Origin: Sphingomonadaceae bacterium
GTDB taxonomy: Bacteria > Pseudomonadota > Alphaproteobacteria > Sphingomonadales > Sphingomonadaceae
NCBI GenBank assembly: GCA_947476735.1
Contig: CANJRZ010000001.1
Span: 17,288 to 81,287, forward strand
Length of the DNA stretch: 64,000 bases
Reading direction: 5' to 3'
The notes under the pieces are model-generated. The model was not told the DNA's origin, made no database searches, and worked only from the letters and a program-made list of their open reading frames with translations. The position numbers and the translations under genes were made by a program. Below are positions 49,345 through 58,636 of this stretch, piece after piece (the stretch's first letter is position 1; each line of letters opens with the position of its first letter).

Positions 49345-50211
49345 TCAGGCGTGGGTACCTAGATCCTCATATTTCCATCCATCGGGATAGACGGTTCGGA
49401 CCATTGCCTGAAGCTTGCTCGGGGTGCCGTCGGGCACGGGATCCTTTCGAGCCATCTTTTTCAGAAATGCGTTCATCAACGGTTTGGCTGGCCACCGGGG
49501 CTGGTTCAGCCCGCAAGCCTTGGCAACGCGGGGGTCGAGTTCGGCCACCAGAAGGTTGTGGAACAGCGGTCGTACAGGTGCGGGAGCTAGGCCGGCGAAC
49601 CAGTTCAGAAGAACCCCAGCGAGGCGCTCATTCTGCGGCTCGTAACGCAGTTCGGTATCGAGATAGTGGTCGAAAAATGCCCTTAGCTCGGGCACCGAGC
49701 CGGGGAAGGGGCGGGTCGAGCCGAACGCGCGCGCCTGATGATTATAGAACAGGCGGACCGCTTCCTTTTCTTTCTCGGTCACCTGGCGCCAGCCAAAGCG
49801 CTCGGCGAGATCGAGGGATCCGATTGCTTCCTCCGCACCGACCGCGACGAAATCGTCGGGATGGATATCGTAGCGACTGTGCATGGCGTTGACCCGGCGT
49901 GCCGCCTCCCTGCCGGGCGACTCCTTGAATCCGTTCTGCATCACCGCGCTTGCCAACAAATTAGTGTCGACGATCCGTTTCAGGATACGCTGCTCAAGCT
50001 CGCCTGTCTGGCTCAGAATTTTTGAAATTCTGGGTGCCGCAAAGGTGAACATGAAGCCGTGTATCGATTTCATGAACATCGTGGACTGGAAGTCCCCGTA
50101 GAAGAGCAGCGTGATCTCGCGATATTCGGTCGCGAGGTCCAGGCTTTCGATTTTCCGCAGACGGGCATAGTGATCAGGTGTGTCGAGCCACCGCGCTTCT
50201 GGGCGTGTCAT
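49345..50211 (-). CDS. DUF2236 / MpaB-Lcp-like oxygenase-domain protein
   Basis: TFAAPRISKIL..TGE..KRIVDT, RVNAMHSRY pattern. Confidence 0.72.
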   Translation of the reverse strand: MTRPEARWLDTPDHYARLRKIESLDLATEYREITLLFYGDFQSTMFMKSIHGFMFTFAAPRISKILSQTGELEQRILKRIVDTNLLASAVMQNGFKESPGREAARRVNAMHSRYDIHPDDFVAVGAEEAIGSLDLAERFGWRQVTEKEKEAVRLFYNHQARAFGSTRPFPGSVPELRAFFDHYLDTELRYEPQNERLAGVLLNWFAGLAPAPVRPLFHNLLVAELDPRVAKACGLNQPRWPAKPLMNAFLKKMARKDPVPDGTPSKLQAMVRTVYPDGWKYEDLGTHA

Positions 50212-50297
50212 TCTTTCACTTTCAATATTGATCTTGCGCGAAGCGGGCGAGCAGATGACTGCCGCTGTCGGTGGTCTCCACCCGTTTCGGACGTCGT

Positions 50298-51797
50298 TCA
50301 GTCGGTAGTGCCGAAGGCCTCCTGGAAAAGGCTGATGACAGCTGGCCGATCCACCTTCAACGAAACGGTTTTGGGCAGTTCGTCGAGAAACAGCCAGTGA
50401 ACCGGGATATGCGTCGCTAGCAACAGGTCGCGGACATACGCTTCCAGTTCGGCTGACGCAGGTTTCTCGACACCGGGCTTCAACTGCAGGGCGGCCACCG
50501 GGATCTGACCCAGCCGGCGATCCGGAAGTCCAACCACGGCTGCGGCGGAAATCGCGGGATGTCCAAGTAGCGCCCGCTCGATTGATTCCGGCAGAAGCTT
50601 GAAGCCGCCGCGCATGATGGCGCCGTCAGCGCGGCCACGCAGGAAGAGGAAGCCGTCCTCATCGATCACGCCAAGATCCGACGTGTGAATCCAGTCGGGC
50701 CCCATCTTCGGCGAGATGACCTCGATCAACCCCTCCTGCCCGGCCGGAAGTTCAGCGCCGGTTTCAGGATCGACGATGCGCAGCTGGGCGCCGCCGAACG
50801 TCTTGCCGACGCTGCCGAATTTAGACTGGCCGAATTCGGCATAAAGCTCCGGCGCCATTACTGTCACGGGGCCGCCAAATTCGGTCGCCCCGTAGGACAG
50901 CAGGACCGGGATGCCATAGCGATCTTCGAAAGCGCGCTGCACGCGCGGATCGAGCGGTGCTGCCCCAGTGCTGAAAAAGCGCAGCGATACCAGATCCTCC
51001 CTAGGGATGTCGGCATCGAGGATCATCTGCACGGCCGCTGCGGGCGTTCCGCTCGCGACCGGCCTGTAACGCACGATATAGTCGCGCCAGCCCTGCACGC
51101 TGAACCGATCGAGTACGATCAGCTTGTGTCCGTTGAGCAAGGCGGGAATCGTGCTGAAGAGCCCCGAGATATTGCCAAGCGGATAATAGAGCAGGGCGGG
51201 CAGGGGCTCGGCCGCTTCCTTCTCGCCGCCAAATATCTTGGCCGTGGAGCCGGCGAAATGCTGTGCGAGCATCTCATGGCGAACGGCAAAGGGCTTGGGC
51301 TTGCCGGTGGTGCCGCTGGTGAGAATCTCGATCTGCGGCTGGGCAGGCAGGTCTTGGGGCAGCGACGCTGTCGACCGCGAGAAACCCGGAAGCGGGTGTG
51401 CTTCCATCTCTGCGATCACGATGGCCGCTGCGCCCTGTTGGCGAATCGCGGCTTGCACCTCGTCGCCGAAATCCCGCGCCGCGGCGACGACGATGGCCGG
51501 CTCGAGCCGGGCGATGTCGCGGGCGATGCCGGCCGGTGATTGGAAGGCATAGACCATGCGGATCGTGCGGCCTGACCGAAGCAGTGCCATAAACGCGACA
51601 ACGGCGGCTGCCTGACTGCGCGCGATGAACACGACCGGTCCGCCGGTCTTCGCTTCACTGGCATCGATCAGTTCGGTGATCTGGTTGGCGAGGGTCCGGA
51701 CTTCGCGCCAGCTGTACCATCGACCTTCATACTCGATCGCCTGATCTACCGTGTCGCGCTCAAGTGCCTGTGCCGCCAATTGCGAAAGCTTGTTCAT
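50298..51797 (-). CDS. Acyl-CoA synthetase (ANL family)
   Basis: LTSGTTGKPK, YGATE, HTSDLG, GRADG..RGG, LPKTVSLK. Confidence 0.9.
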   Translation of the reverse strand: MNKLSQLAAQALERDTVDQAIEYEGRWYSWREVRTLANQITELIDASEAKTGGPVVFIARSQAAAVVAFMALLRSGRTIRMVYAFQSPAGIARDIARLEPAIVVAAARDFGDEVQAAIRQQGAAAIVIAEMEAHPLPGFSRSTASLPQDLPAQPQIEILTSGTTGKPKPFAVRHEMLAQHFAGSTAKIFGGEKEAAEPLPALLYYPLGNISGLFSTIPALLNGHKLIVLDRFSVQGWRDYIVRYRPVASGTPAAAVQMILDADIPREDLVSLRFFSTGAAPLDPRVQRAFEDRYGIPVLLSYGATEFGGPVTVMAPELYAEFGQSKFGSVGKTFGGAQLRIVDPETGAELPAGQEGLIEVISPKMGPDWIHTSDLGVIDEDGFLFLRGRADGAIMRGGFKLLPESIERALLGHPAISAAAVVGLPDRRLGQIPVAALQLKPGVEKPASAELEAYVRDLLLATHIPVHWLFLDELPKTVSLKVDRPAVISLFQEAFGTTD

Positions 51798-51906
51798 TGG
51801 TCCTCACAAGATCATGCCGGGCTGACGCCCGCTCTGATATATTCCATGTGAATCCTGCGGGCTCGGTTAGGCGGAGAGCTCCGAGCGAGCACAGTTTTTG
51901 AGGCAG

Positions 51907-53115
51907 CTACTGCGCCAACTTGCGGGCTTTCAGCTCCGAAAGCTGCGCGCTGGTGTAGCCAATTTCAGTTAGCAGACCATCGGTATGCTCGCCCATTGCC
52001 GGCGACCCCGTGGGCTGGGCCGGCCCAGCGCGGCCATCAAATGCCGCCGGCCCAGCAACCACCCTCACATTGGTTTCCCCGACCTGCATGTTGAAGATCA
52101 TCTCATTGGCATGTACCTGCGGGTCCTCACACACATCGTCGATCGTACGAATGAGTTCCCATGGCGCATCCCATGCATCGAACACCGGCTTCCACTCGGC
52201 CCAGTCCCTCGCGATTATGCGCTCTTCGATCTGGCTTACCAGTTCCTTGCCGTTTTTCATCCTGGCGATATTGTCCGCAAAGCGCGGATCGTCGATCAGC
52301 GCCTCCAGTCCGACCAGCTCACAGAACGATCGCCAATGCGGTCGGGGATCAAGCAGCATCAGCTGGATCAGGCGTCCGTCCCGCGTGCGATAGACGCCCA
52401 TCAACGGGAACTTCCATCCGCCCTCGGGGTGCAACGTATAGCCGGGCACCTGATTGTAAGTGATGTCGGACGACAACATCCACACGGCGGTAGACAGTAA
52501 CGAGGTTTCGACCACGGTTGTTTCGCCGGTCATCGCCCTCTTGTAGAGGGCTCCGGCGATACCGAAGGCCAGGGCCATCGATCCGGAATGGTCGCCAAAG
52601 GCAGGGCGGGGTGGAGTTGGCTTGTTGCCGGGGAGCGTGAAGGCGTGCGACATGCCGCCACGTGCCCAGAAGGACGATGCGTCAAAGCCAGGCTTGTCGG
52701 CCTCGTCGCCCCGGAAGCCGAGCCCGTTTCCGCGGGCATAAATCAGGCGTGGATTGCGTGCCCGCAGATCGTCGATGTCCAGCCGCAGCGAGCGCAGCGC
52801 TTTTGGCCGCAGGCTTGTCAGGAATACGTCTGCGGTCTCGACCAGCTTGAGAAAGGCCTCGCGGCCTTCTTCCGATTTCAGGTCAAGCGCGATGCTCTTC
52901 TTACCGCGATTATTCTGCTCCATGGCGAGATTGGTCGTGCCGACCTCGCGACCATCTCCTACCTTGAGCGTCCGGTAGGGGTCGCCCGTTCCGGTCGATT
53001 CAACTTTGATGACTTCAGCTCCCTGGTCGGCCAGCAGAACACCGGCGCCGGGCACGAAGACATATTGGGCCAGTTCAAGAACTCGCACGCCTGAGAAGAT
53101 ACCCTTCTCGCTCAT
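51907..53115 (-). CDS. CaiB/BaiF class III CoA transferase
   Basis: GVRVLELAQ..ADQGAEVIKVE, NRGKKS, AFGDHSG; start ATG 53115. Confidence 0.92.
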   Translation of the reverse strand: MSEKGIFSGVRVLELAQYVFVPGAGVLLADQGAEVIKVESTGTGDPYRTLKVGDGREVGTTNLAMEQNNRGKKSIALDLKSEEGREAFLKLVETADVFLTSLRPKALRSLRLDIDDLRARNPRLIYARGNGLGFRGDEADKPGFDASSFWARGGMSHAFTLPGNKPTPPRPAFGDHSGSMALAFGIAGALYKRAMTGETTVVETSLLSTAVWMLSSDITYNQVPGYTLHPEGGWKFPLMGVYRTRDGRLIQLMLLDPRPHWRSFCELVGLEALIDDPRFADNIARMKNGKELVSQIEERIIARDWAEWKPVFDAWDAPWELIRTIDDVCEDPQVHANEMIFNMQVGETNVRVVAGPAAFDGRAGPAQPTGSPAMGEHTDGLLTEIGYTSAQLSELKARKLAQ

Positions 53116-53208
53116 TTCAATCCTCCCGCCATCGCGCGATGCGATGGTTCGTTGTGTTGGCTTCAATAGCAACCGCAGCCTAGGCTCCGATTGCTGCATT
53201 CAATTTGA

Positions 53209-54804
53209 TCAGGCGGCATCTTCCAACATCATCGCCGCGCCCTTTTCACCGACCATGATCGCCGGCGCGTTCGTGTTGGCCGAAGGCATGATCGGCATGA
53301 TCGAAGCGTCCGCTACGCGCAGGCCATCCACGCCGCGCACCTTCAGGCGCGGGTCGACGACCGATGCTGCATCTCCGCCCATCCGGCAGGTGCCGACAGG
53401 ATGGTAGCCGATCCCGCAACCGGAACGCAGGGCCTGTTCCCAATCGGCGTCGGTCTGCGGCGATTGTGGGGGAAGGATCTTGCCCTGGACATGCCGCGCC
53501 AGAGCGGGCGAACGAAAAATCTGCTCGACCTGTTTGGCGCCCCGGATGAGCGCAGCTACATCCTCGGGATCGCCTAGCAGACGATGGTCGATGACCGGCT
53601 TGTCAGTGGGTTCGGCGCTCCGGAGCCGGATTTCGCCGCGGCTGCGTGGTTTGGCGACATTCGCGAACACGGTAACGCCTGGGCGCTTGTGCGGGCCGCG
53701 CCTTTCGGGATCGAAGGCCACCGCACCAAATTGAAGCTTGATGTCAGGCTCGGCGAGATCGGGCTGCGAGCGGAGAAACGCCATCGCCTCTACCGGGACG
53801 ACGGTCATCACGCCGCGGCGGAACAGGAGATATTCGATCAGATTCCGGACCATCCGGACCGGTCCGAGCATAGTGTTATAGGTCGCCACATCGACGAAGC
53901 AGCTGGTCGCAAAGCTCGCATGTTCCTGGAGATTGCGACCGACTTCGGGGGCCTCGACAACCACGTCGATACCATGGGCCTGCAGTTCTGCCGCAGGACC
54001 AATTCCCGAGCGCAGCAAGATAGCTGGCGATTGCATGGCGCTTGCGCTCACCACGACTTCGCGCCGGGCGCGGGCAATTCGGGCTTCCCCGTCCTTGAGG
54101 TAGCGCACTCCGCAGGCGCGGCCATTTTCGACCAGCACCTTGTCGACCAGGGCACCGGTGATCACCTTGAGGTTCGGGCGCTTCATCGCGCCGTCGAGAA
54201 ATGCGTTTGCCGCGCTTGATCGTTGTCCGTTCCGCTGCGTCACGAGGTTGGCAAACGCGCCATCAATGTCGCCTTCGCAATAGTCCTCGACGTTGCGCAG
54301 CCCATGCTCCTTGCATGCTTCGACGAAGGCCATGGCAAGCGGATGCCGTTTGCGCGGTGGCGCGACTCCCAACGGCCCCAGCGCCGAATGCGACTGGCTT
54401 GGCGGTCCCTCATATCCCTCGGACTTCTTGAAGTAGGTCTGGACCTCGTCCCAGCCCCAGCCGGTGCACCCCTGCTCGACCCATCCATCATAATCGGCAC
54501 GGGAGCCACGAATGTAGACCATGCCGTTGATTGCCGACCCGCCGCCCAATGCGCGCCCCGCGGACCACATCACCTGGCGACCGAGCAAGGACGGATCGGG
54601 CTCGGCCATATAGAGCCAGTCAAATTCAGGCTTGCCCAGCAGTGTGTACGCGCCTGTCGGCATCGTGACCCGAAAAATATCGCTGGAGCCACCTGCCTCG
54701 AGCAGGACGACGTTGTATTTTGGGTTTTCCGACAGGCGGGCGGCCAGCACGCATCCGGCGCTGCCGCCGCCGGCGATCACGAAATCGGCTTCTTCGATGG
54801 TCAC
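53209..54804 (-). CDS. GMC oxidoreductase (choline dehydrogenase-like)
   Basis: IAGGGSAG, GGSAINGMVYIRG, YHPVGTCRMG, SANTN; GTG start at 54804. Confidence 0.93.
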   Translation of the reverse strand: MTIEEADFVIAGGGSAGCVLAARLSENPKYNVVLLEAGGSSDIFRVTMPTGAYTLLGKPEFDWLYMAEPDPSLLGRQVMWSAGRALGGGSAINGMVYIRGSRADYDGWVEQGCTGWGWDEVQTYFKKSEGYEGPPSQSHSALGPLGVAPPRKRHPLAMAFVEACKEHGLRNVEDYCEGDIDGAFANLVTQRNGQRSSAANAFLDGAMKRPNLKVITGALVDKVLVENGRACGVRYLKDGEARIARARREVVVSASAMQSPAILLRSGIGPAAELQAHGIDVVVEAPEVGRNLQEHASFATSCFVDVATYNTMLGPVRMVRNLIEYLLFRRGVMTVVPVEAMAFLRSQPDLAEPDIKLQFGAVAFDPERRGPHKRPGVTVFANVAKPRSRGEIRLRSAEPTDKPVIDHRLLGDPEDVAALIRGAKQVEQIFRSPALARHVQGKILPPQSPQTDADWEQALRSGCGIGYHPVGTCRMGGDAASVVDPRLKVRGVDGLRVADASIMPIMPSANTNAPAIMVGEKGAAMMLEDAA

Positions 54805-54967
54805 TCTCAACATCCTCTGTGCCAGCGGCAGCACATTCGACGCGCTATGTAATCCCCGAAGAGCCCGGGCAGACGAGCTCAAGCTTTCGCCAACTTGCCC
54901 ATCGCCATCCCGAACGCTTCGAGCGCCACGTTCACTCGGCATCCCTTAATGGTGACGCGCAATATCC

Positions 54968-55002
54968 GTCCAATATCAATTGGGCAGCTATTAATATTGG
55001 AC
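54968..55002. promoter_or_regulatory. Second copy of the 35-bp palindrome, GTCCAATATCA-N13-TAATATTGGAC
   Basis: Lies in the divergent GMC/cupin promoter; same 13-bp spacer. Confidence 0.8.
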
Positions 55003-55047
55003 GCAGAAGTGTTGCATGATCAACTGTCCTAATAATGGAGGAGCACT

Positions 55048-55485
55048 ATGCCGCATTGCAAACCCGAAGATTTTCCGAATGGCGGCAAGCGCTGGCCAGC
55101 GATCGGATATGAAGGCTTCCGGACGGTCCATTGGGGCGACATGGAGCTCGGCTACACCACCGTCCATGAGCCGCTCGACTGCACCGAGTCTTACAAGTTC
55201 GGCGGGCTTCCGGGCGGCGTATGCCCCTGTCCGCATTATGGCTATGTCTTCGAAGGCCGGATGCGTGCGCGCTTTCCCGGCTCGGATTGGCCTGACGAGG
55301 TGATCGAAGCCGGCGAGGCCTATTTCATCCCCTCCGGTCACGTTCTGATCTACGAGGAACCGAGCCGCGTACTCGAACTCAATCCCGCACATGCGCTGCA
55401 GATGGTCATGGACGCGATGCAGCGGTCGATCGAAAAGACCGGTCATGCGGCACCGAAGCCGACCGAGGACTCAGGCGCGGAATGA
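55048..55485 (+). CDS. Cupin-like protein
   Basis: GGAGGAG SD; CPCPHYGYVFEG and YFIPSGH cupin-like motifs. Confidence 0.75.
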   Translation: MPHCKPEDFPNGGKRWPAIGYEGFRTVHWGDMELGYTTVHEPLDCTESYKFGGLPGGVCPCPHYGYVFEGRMRARFPGSDWPDEVIEAGEAYFIPSGHVLIYEEPSRVLELNPAHALQMVMDAMQRSIEKTGHAAPKPTEDSGAE

Positions 55486-56558
55486 CGGCCGGCCCGGCTG
55501 TGGTTGCTCCGGAAATCGTTGCACCGCAAGTCAGGAACCTCGCCAGCCTGGCCGATAGCTTGTCCGGCTGGCTGGCTGGTCGCCTGCCCGGAGCCCGGGA
55601 TATTCGCGTTTCGAACCTTAGCTATCCGCGCGGCGCGGGTATGTCGCATGAGACGATATTGTTCGATGCGGACTGGCGCGAAGGGGCTTTCGGTCGGTCT
55701 CGGGCAATGGTGGTGCGCATCAGGCCAATGCGGAACACCGTCTATCTAGACGACCTGTTCGACGCACAATTCCGCCTGATGCAATTGATGAGCGAGAGCG
55801 TCGTCGTGCGGGTCGCGCGACCGCTTTGGTTCGAAGCGGATGCGTCCATTCTCGGCGCGCCCTTCTTCGTCATGGAAAAGGTCTCAGGGCGTGTGGCGGT
55901 AAGCTACCCGCCCTATTCGAAACAGGGCTGGCTCGTCGAAGCGTCACCAGCAGACCGCAGGATCATGTGGGAAGACGCAGTGGGTCAACTCGCCGCGATC
56001 CAGCGCGTCCCGGTGTCCGAAGCCCGCTTCCTCGAACTGCCTGGAGGTGCGGACGGCTTCGACCAGGAGGTCGATCGATGGCGACGTTTCGTGAATTGGG
56101 TCGATCCCGATGGTCGGCAAATGACTTTGCGCGGCACCTTCGATCGGCTGATGGCCGTCGGCCCGGCCAATCGCCCAGAAGGTATCGTCTGGGGAGATTC
56201 CCGCTTGGGCAACATGATGATCGGCGCCAATTTCAAGGTGGCGGCGGTAATGGATTGGGAACAGCCATCGCTCGGCGGCGCATTGCACGATCTTGGGTGG
56301 TGGCTCCAGATCGATCACGCCCAGACGGCAGGCCAGGGGATCGTACCGCTCGCAGGCATGGGGTCGCGGGATGAAACGATCGCGCTCTGGAGCGAATTAT
56401 CAGGGAAATCCGCTGCCGACATAGCATGGTACGAAGCGTTCGCCTGCTTCAAGATGGAATGCCTTGCGGTCCGCATGGTGGCGATCCGCGACATGCCCGC
56501 GAATGTTGCCTTGTCGGTGCCCGGCAGCCGTACGGCTGTTCTGCTGGATCGCCTCTGA
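55482..56558 (+). CDS. APH-family phosphotransferase
   Basis: LGAPFFVME, WGDSRLGN, MDWE; ATGA overlap with the cupin gene. Confidence 0.88.
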   Translation: MTAGPAVVAPEIVAPQVRNLASLADSLSGWLAGRLPGARDIRVSNLSYPRGAGMSHETILFDADWREGAFGRSRAMVVRIRPMRNTVYLDDLFDAQFRLMQLMSESVVVRVARPLWFEADASILGAPFFVMEKVSGRVAVSYPPYSKQGWLVEASPADRRIMWEDAVGQLAAIQRVPVSEARFLELPGGADGFDQEVDRWRRFVNWVDPDGRQMTLRGTFDRLMAVGPANRPEGIVWGDSRLGNMMIGANFKVAAVMDWEQPSLGGALHDLGWWLQIDHAQTAGQGIVPLAGMGSRDETIALWSELSGKSAADIAWYEAFACFKMECLAVRMVAIRDMPANVALSVPGSRTAVLLDRL

Positions 56559-56571
56559 AGCGCCATGTTGC

Positions 56572-57621
56572 TCAGACGTCAAGCAAGTCGAATGCCTTAA
56601 GGTCATCCACCGCGGTGCCCAGCCTCCTGACGAACTCGTTTGTGATCTCGGGTTCGACCTTTCGAGTGATCGCCCAGAGAAAATAGCCGTAGACCGTTGC
56701 GACGCGATAGCTCTGCCATGCCCCGTCGGGCGCCAACTCGGGCCCTCCCAGCGCTTTCAGCCGATCGCGATAGGCATCCAACAGGGCTCGCTCGTGCGTC
56801 CGCCGATCCTCGGGCAAAAGAACCGCGGCGAGATGATAAGCTACATCCTGCGCCCAGTTGCCCTTTTGCAGGATCTGCCAGTCGACCAGGCCGAGCCGAC
56901 CGTCGGATTGACGATAGACATTGCCGGCATGGGCGTCGCCATGGACGAAGCAGCGCGGACCCTTGCTGACTGCGGTGGCCAGTCGCTTGAGCGCTGCCTG
57001 CAATCGAGTGGCGTCACGGATCGCGGGTGGCAGGGCCGCGCCGCGCGGGCCATCGAGCAGGTTCTGCAGCATATCAGGGGGCATCACCGGTCTGCGCGAG
57101 ATCTGGTCCAGAAAGTTGCTGACCCATGGCGTGTCGAAGCTGCTTGTGCCCTCCCACGTGGCGACATGCAGCCGGGCGAGCTGGTCCAGCCCGTCGAGCG
57201 TCTGTTCCGGCGTAAACGGTTCGAGCGCGGTGCCGAACGCGCCGCCGGCGGCGATGACATCGCGCATTACGATCACCCCGCAGCTGGCTTTGGCGTTCAG
57301 GCTGGCATGTATGCATTCGGGCACGCGCACCGGGATCTGGGCAGCCCCTTCGCGATAGAACATCGTCTCGACGATCGATGCCGCAGGGACCGCGCCCGTA
57401 TCGGTGAGGACGCCCTTGATGCAAATCCGCGCGGGTACATCGCTGCCGCCACCATCCACGGTCAGCGCAAGCCGCGCCTTAGTCGCCTGCGTAGCCTGTA
57501 CTTCGACGATTTCGACATCCCGCACATGTGCGCCGGGCCAGCGTGGGGCAAGCATCTGACTCAGCCAGTCCGGGGTCACGACATCAGCCAGGGTGTCCGG
57601 CGCAGGATTGAAACTTGCCAT
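56572..57621 (-). CDS. Phosphotransferase (EcKinase/APH-like)
   Basis: HGDAHAGN, VDWQ, DVAYHL; start ATG 57621. Confidence 0.85.
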   Translation of the reverse strand: MASFNPAPDTLADVVTPDWLSQMLAPRWPGAHVRDVEIVEVQATQATKARLALTVDGGGSDVPARICIKGVLTDTGAVPAASIVETMFYREGAAQIPVRVPECIHASLNAKASCGVIVMRDVIAAGGAFGTALEPFTPEQTLDGLDQLARLHVATWEGTSSFDTPWVSNFLDQISRRPVMPPDMLQNLLDGPRGAALPPAIRDATRLQAALKRLATAVSKGPRCFVHGDAHAGNVYRQSDGRLGLVDWQILQKGNWAQDVAYHLAAVLLPEDRRTHERALLDAYRDRLKALGGPELAPDGAWQSYRVATVYGYFLWAITRKVEPEITNEFVRRLGTAVDDLKAFDLLDV

Positions 57622-57680
57622 CTGGCTTCTAGTCTCCAAGATTGCACGACCGCGTCAGGATGGGCGAGTTGGTGCAGGCA

Positions 57681-57715
57681 ATCCAATATCAATCCGGCCC
57701 CGTGTGATATTCGGA
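57681..57715. promoter_or_regulatory. Third copy of the palindrome, ATCCAATATCA-N13-TGATATTCGGA
   Basis: Lies between the divergent kinase and IclR genes; same 13-bp spacer. Confidence 0.72.
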
Positions 57716-57811
57716 AGGCGTATCGTGACGCTCGGGTTGACCGAAATGGCGGCCGGTTTATTGCCGACAGGATAACTGCGAAGCAGGCGAGCGAGAGGGT
57801 ATCAGGGCACT

Positions 57812-58636
57812 TTGGACGAGAGTAAGCAAGGCGGAACCGGCCACCCATCCGCGGTGGTCAAGGTCAAGCGGCCGGGAGAACGCCGCAGCCTGTCGCGTTC
57901 GGCGACACGTGCGCTCGATGTCCTGGAACTGTTCGGCGTGGTCCGGCGCCCGTTGAGGGCCATTGAGATTGCCAAGGCGTTGGAGTTGCATCCCTCGAGC
58001 ATGGATCAACTGCTCAAGACGATGGTCGAGTCGGGACACCTGACCTTCGATGCGTTGCCCAAAACCTACCTGCCTTCTCCTCGATTGGTCCAGTTCAGCG
58101 GCTGGATGTTGGCCAGCTATGGCGGTGACGAACGATTTCGGAGCCTGATGTGTCGGTTGAATGCGGCGAGCGGCGAAGTGGTCACGCTGACCACACCCAA
58201 TGACTTGTTCATGCAGGTGCTCGATGTCGTCGGGATTGAGCCGACCGCGGAATCTGCGGAGCGTGGTCTGCGCGTATCGATCTTCGGTTCGACAACCGGA
58301 GCTGCCTATCTTTCGACCTTGCCGAAGTCGGAGCTTCACCGACTGATCACGCGGGCGCGGATCAGAAACGAAGATGCCCCGGCCATTCTTGCGCACATTG
58401 CTTGTGTACGTGAGGCGGGCGTTGCCGACGGCCCGAGCGCGGACGGCCGATATTGGTCGGTAGCGATGCCCCTCCCGGTAGGGTCCTCCCTGGCGCCGCT
58501 CATTCTGGGGTTGGCCGGACCGACGGAGCGGGTCACGACGAACCTCGGCCAGATGCAACTGGTCCTGCGCCGTTCGGTTGAGCAGTGGCGCTTGCATCGT
58601 GGCGTGTTGGAGCTTTCGCCAGAGCGTTCTCTATAA
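57812..58636 (+). CDS. IclR-family regulator
   Basis: SATRALDVLELF..SMDQLLKTMVESGHL HTH; STTGAAYL; ILGLAGP. Confidence 0.87.
   Translation: MDESKQGGTGHPSAVVKVKRPGERRSLSRSATRALDVLELFGVVRRPLRAIEIAKALELHPSSMDQLLKTMVESGHLTFDALPKTYLPSPRLVQFSGWMLASYGGDERFRSLMCRLNAASGEVVTLTTPNDLFMQVLDVVGIEPTAESAERGLRVSIFGSTTGAAYLSTLPKSELHRLITRARIRNEDAPAILAHIACVREAGVADGPSADGRYWSVAMPLPVGSSLAPLILGLAGPTERVTTNLGQMQLVLRRSVEQWRLHRGVLELSPERSL

Noticed and set aside
22627-57621. Three APH-family genes as aminoglycoside resistance determinants
   Set aside because: Motifs and operon context match metabolic kinases (ACAD10/11-, LvaA- and EcKinase-like), not resistance APHs
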